In this document: in pieces, positions 55,197 through 56,856 of the stretch | How the letters are laid out: every line of letters begins with the position of its first letter | Numbering within the stretch: position 1 is the stretch's first letter | Assembly (NCBI GenBank): GCA_964386425.1 | Contig: CAYLQO010000001.1 | Coordinates: 1 to 56,856 of the forward strand | From: an uncultured Gammaproteobacteria bacterium | Lineage (GTDB): Bacteria > Patescibacteriota > Patescibacteriia > UBA1558 > S5-K13 | Direction: 5' to 3' | Length of the DNA: 56,856 bases | Notes under the pieces: model-generated | Told to the model about the DNA's origin: nothing | Database searches by the model: none | The model's input: the letters and a program-made list of their open reading frames with translations, nothing else | Translations under genes and position numbers: made by a program

Positions 55197-56856
55197 TTAT
55201 TCAATATTTTCTCCAATAGTATAGTCCCCGAAAAATATTTCACTTATGTCTCTAACTAACTTATTCCAAGCATTACCAAATAGTCTAGTTGCAACATTTT
55301 CATTTATAATCCATCTTAATACCTTATTTTCAGTAACTTTGTATACTTTTGGACTTGAAGTTATTTTTATTAAAGAACCTATTTTATGAGGAACATCATC
55401 TCCTGTTAAATAATTATTTAATTCTTGCTTTGATACTGTTTCAACTTTTGAAAAATCATCTTTAAAATATGATTCCCATGTATGTGTATCTGGATACTCA
55501 TGCTTTATATTGTCACTATCTACAAAATATATTGTAGTACTATCCTCTGCTTTGATAAATCTACCATCTGTCCAGAAACTTGGTTGTGATGATTGATTAT
55601 TGTTTGATTCTTGATTATTGTTTTGTTGTTCACTGCTGTCTCCTGTATCTGTGTCAGTATCCTGATTATTGTTGTCTTGATTTTGACTTTCATTCATTGA
55701 TTCTAATATGTATGGTGGTATAGGTGATGATCCTGTGTTTGCACCAGGCAATCCAGATATTACATTTACTGTTCTTGTTGATGTTGTTATATTTCCGGCT
55801 GTATCAGAAACAACATATGTAACCAAATATGATCCTAAAATAGATGTATTTACTTCATTTGTTGTAATAATACTATTTGTTAAATCACCATCTACTGTAT
55901 CAATAGCAGTAGCTCCACTATCTGTGTATATTGTATTTTCATATATTAATTCTGGATTAGAGCCTAGGATAGTTATTACTGGTGATGTTGTGTCTGGAAT
56001 ATATTTCATAACCGTAACCTTATCACTATTTACAACATCCTTATATGCAACATATATAACATTATTCCCATCTATTGCTAATGACGTGTAATTAGTTGGC
56101 CCATCGGAAAACGTCTCATCACCAACTGATACCCAGGAAGAACCATTATATTTTCTAACCATTGCTTTTCTAAAATCTGGAGTAGGTGCTAATTCATGTT
56201 TTGAAAATGCAACATATGATACATTGTTTGAATCAATTGCAATAGCAGTGTTGTTTGACACACCATTAAATGGTTGGTCAACATATTCCCATACAGAACC
56301 ATTGTATTTCATTATCGAAATACTACCCGTTGAGTCTGAAAATGCAACATACGGTACATTGTTTGAATCAATTGCTAAAAAAGTGTACGTAGCAAATCCT
56401 GCAGAAAATCCTGCAGAACCGACAAGTTCCCACGATTCTGTAGATGTAGAATATTTCATTACAGTTGCGTAATTACTATTAGCACCATCCCTATATGCAA
56501 CATATGGAATATTATTTGAGTCAATTGCAAGAGATATATACTCAGCAGACCCATCAGAAAATCCTGCAGAACCGACAAGTTCCCACGATTCTGTAGAGGT
56601 AGAATATTTCATAACTGTGGCTTTATCACTATTCGCACCGTCTTGATATGCAACATATGGAATATTATTTGAATCAATTGCCAAGGAAATATAAGTAGCA
56701 GATCCTTCGGAAAATCCCGCAGAACCAACAAGTTCCCATGATTCTGTAGAGGTAGAATATTTCATAACAACAACCCCATCTATATTTTTTGATGTATTGT
56801 AATATGCAACATATGGAATATTATTTGAATCAATTGCCAAGGAAATATAAGTAGCA
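55197..56856 (-). CDS. large repeat-containing surface protein (N-terminus beyond the right window edge)
   Basis: The frame is open to the window end. It has at least six blade-like repeats of about 51 aa (AIDSNNIPYVAY...MKYSTSTESWELVGSAGFS). These are followed by an Ig-like DUF5011-type segment (TSPVITILGSNPELIYENTIYTDSGATAIDTVDGDLT), an N/Q/D-rich linker and a C-terminal globular domain. Confidence 0.75.
   Translation of the reverse strand, partial: ATYISLAIDSNNIPYVAYYNTSKNIDGVVVMKYSTSTESWELVGSAGFSEGSATYISLAIDSNNIPYVAYQDGANSDKATVMKYSTSTESWELVGSAGFSDGSAEYISLAIDSNNIPYVAYRDGANSNYATVMKYSTSTESWELVGSAGFSAGFATYTFLAIDSNNVPYVAFSDSTGSISIMKYNGSVWEYVDQPFNGVSNNTAIAIDSNNVSYVAFSKHELAPTPDFRKAMVRKYNGSSWVSVGDETFSDGPTNYTSLAIDGNNVIYVAYKDVVNSDKVTVMKYIPDTTSPVITILGSNPELIYENTIYTDSGATAIDTVDGDLTNSIITTNEVNTSILGSYLVTYVVSDTAGNITTSTRTVNVISGLPGANTGSSPIPPYILESMNESQNQDNNNQDTDTDTGDSSEQQNNNQESNNNQSSQPSFWTDGRFIKAEDSTTIYFVDSDNIKHEYPDTHTWESYFKDDFSKVETVSKQELNNYLTGDDVPHKIGSLIKITSSPKVYKVTENKVLRWIINENVATRLFGNAWNKLVRDISEIFFGDYTIGENIE
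56000..56856 (-). repeat. in-frame tandem coding repeats (153-156 bp unit)
   Basis: The string CAATTGCCAAGGAAATATAAGTAGCA ends at both 56700 and 56856, exactly 156 nt apart. The three distal units are nearly identical at the DNA level. Confidence 0.85.

Noticed and set aside
56000-56856. The regularly spaced near-identical repeats as a CRISPR array or a non-coding satellite.
   Set aside because: The repeats are contiguous with no unique spacers. The unit length is a multiple of three (153-156 bp). They maintain one long open reading frame that encodes a repeat protein.
1-56856. Alternative genetic code (UGA recoded), as in some candidate phyla.
   Set aside because: Conserved genes are full length under the standard code, and several end in TGA at the expected position (murB at 3814-3816, PBP2 at 35551-35553).

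Overview
This is a very AT-rich, gene-dense bacterial fragment. I counted 10/60 G+C at 44401-44460 and 18/60 at 26101-26160. TGA acts as a stop codon (murB ends at 3814, PBP2 at 35551), so the standard code applies. The gene content looks like a streamlined Patescibacteria/CPR-type genome, but that placement is inference only.

Almost everything from 1 to about 52.8 kb is on the minus strand:
- secA and hpf
- a compact cell-wall cluster (mraY-murD-ftsW-murG-murC-murB)
- Fe-S assembly genes (IscU-like, Nfu-like, cysteine desulfurase)
- ftsEX, tRNA-Thr(CGU), lepA, murJ
- an envelope-glycan locus (DUF4012 protein, four GT4 glycosyltransferases, a polyprenyl-phosphate sugar transferase)
- RNase P RNA
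- a rod-shape block (mreB-mreC-mreD-PBP2-greA-second mreB)
- proS, rseP, frr, holB, rnhA, recJ, pyrH, tsf, rpsB

rpmE-prfA-prmC follow on the plus strand, then a large tandem-repeat surface protein that runs off the right edge.

The main finding is at 45495-46635. It is an orphan plus-strand transcription unit of about 1.1 kb with a near-consensus promoter and a strong intrinsic terminator. It is strikingly GC-rich (36/60 at 46201-46260), has many helices and internal repeated motifs, and has no credible long ORF. I propose it as a large structured noncoding RNA of unknown class. A second small terminated RNA candidate lies immediately downstream.

Other points:
- a second orphan promoter-to-terminator unit at 3076-3535
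- a GC-rich single-gene island at 25351-25989
- three families of short repeated words in intergenic regions
- several corrected start codons

No CRISPR array, transposase, integrase or recognisable defence genes were seen. All identifications come from reading the sequence and recalling family motifs. No database search was run.
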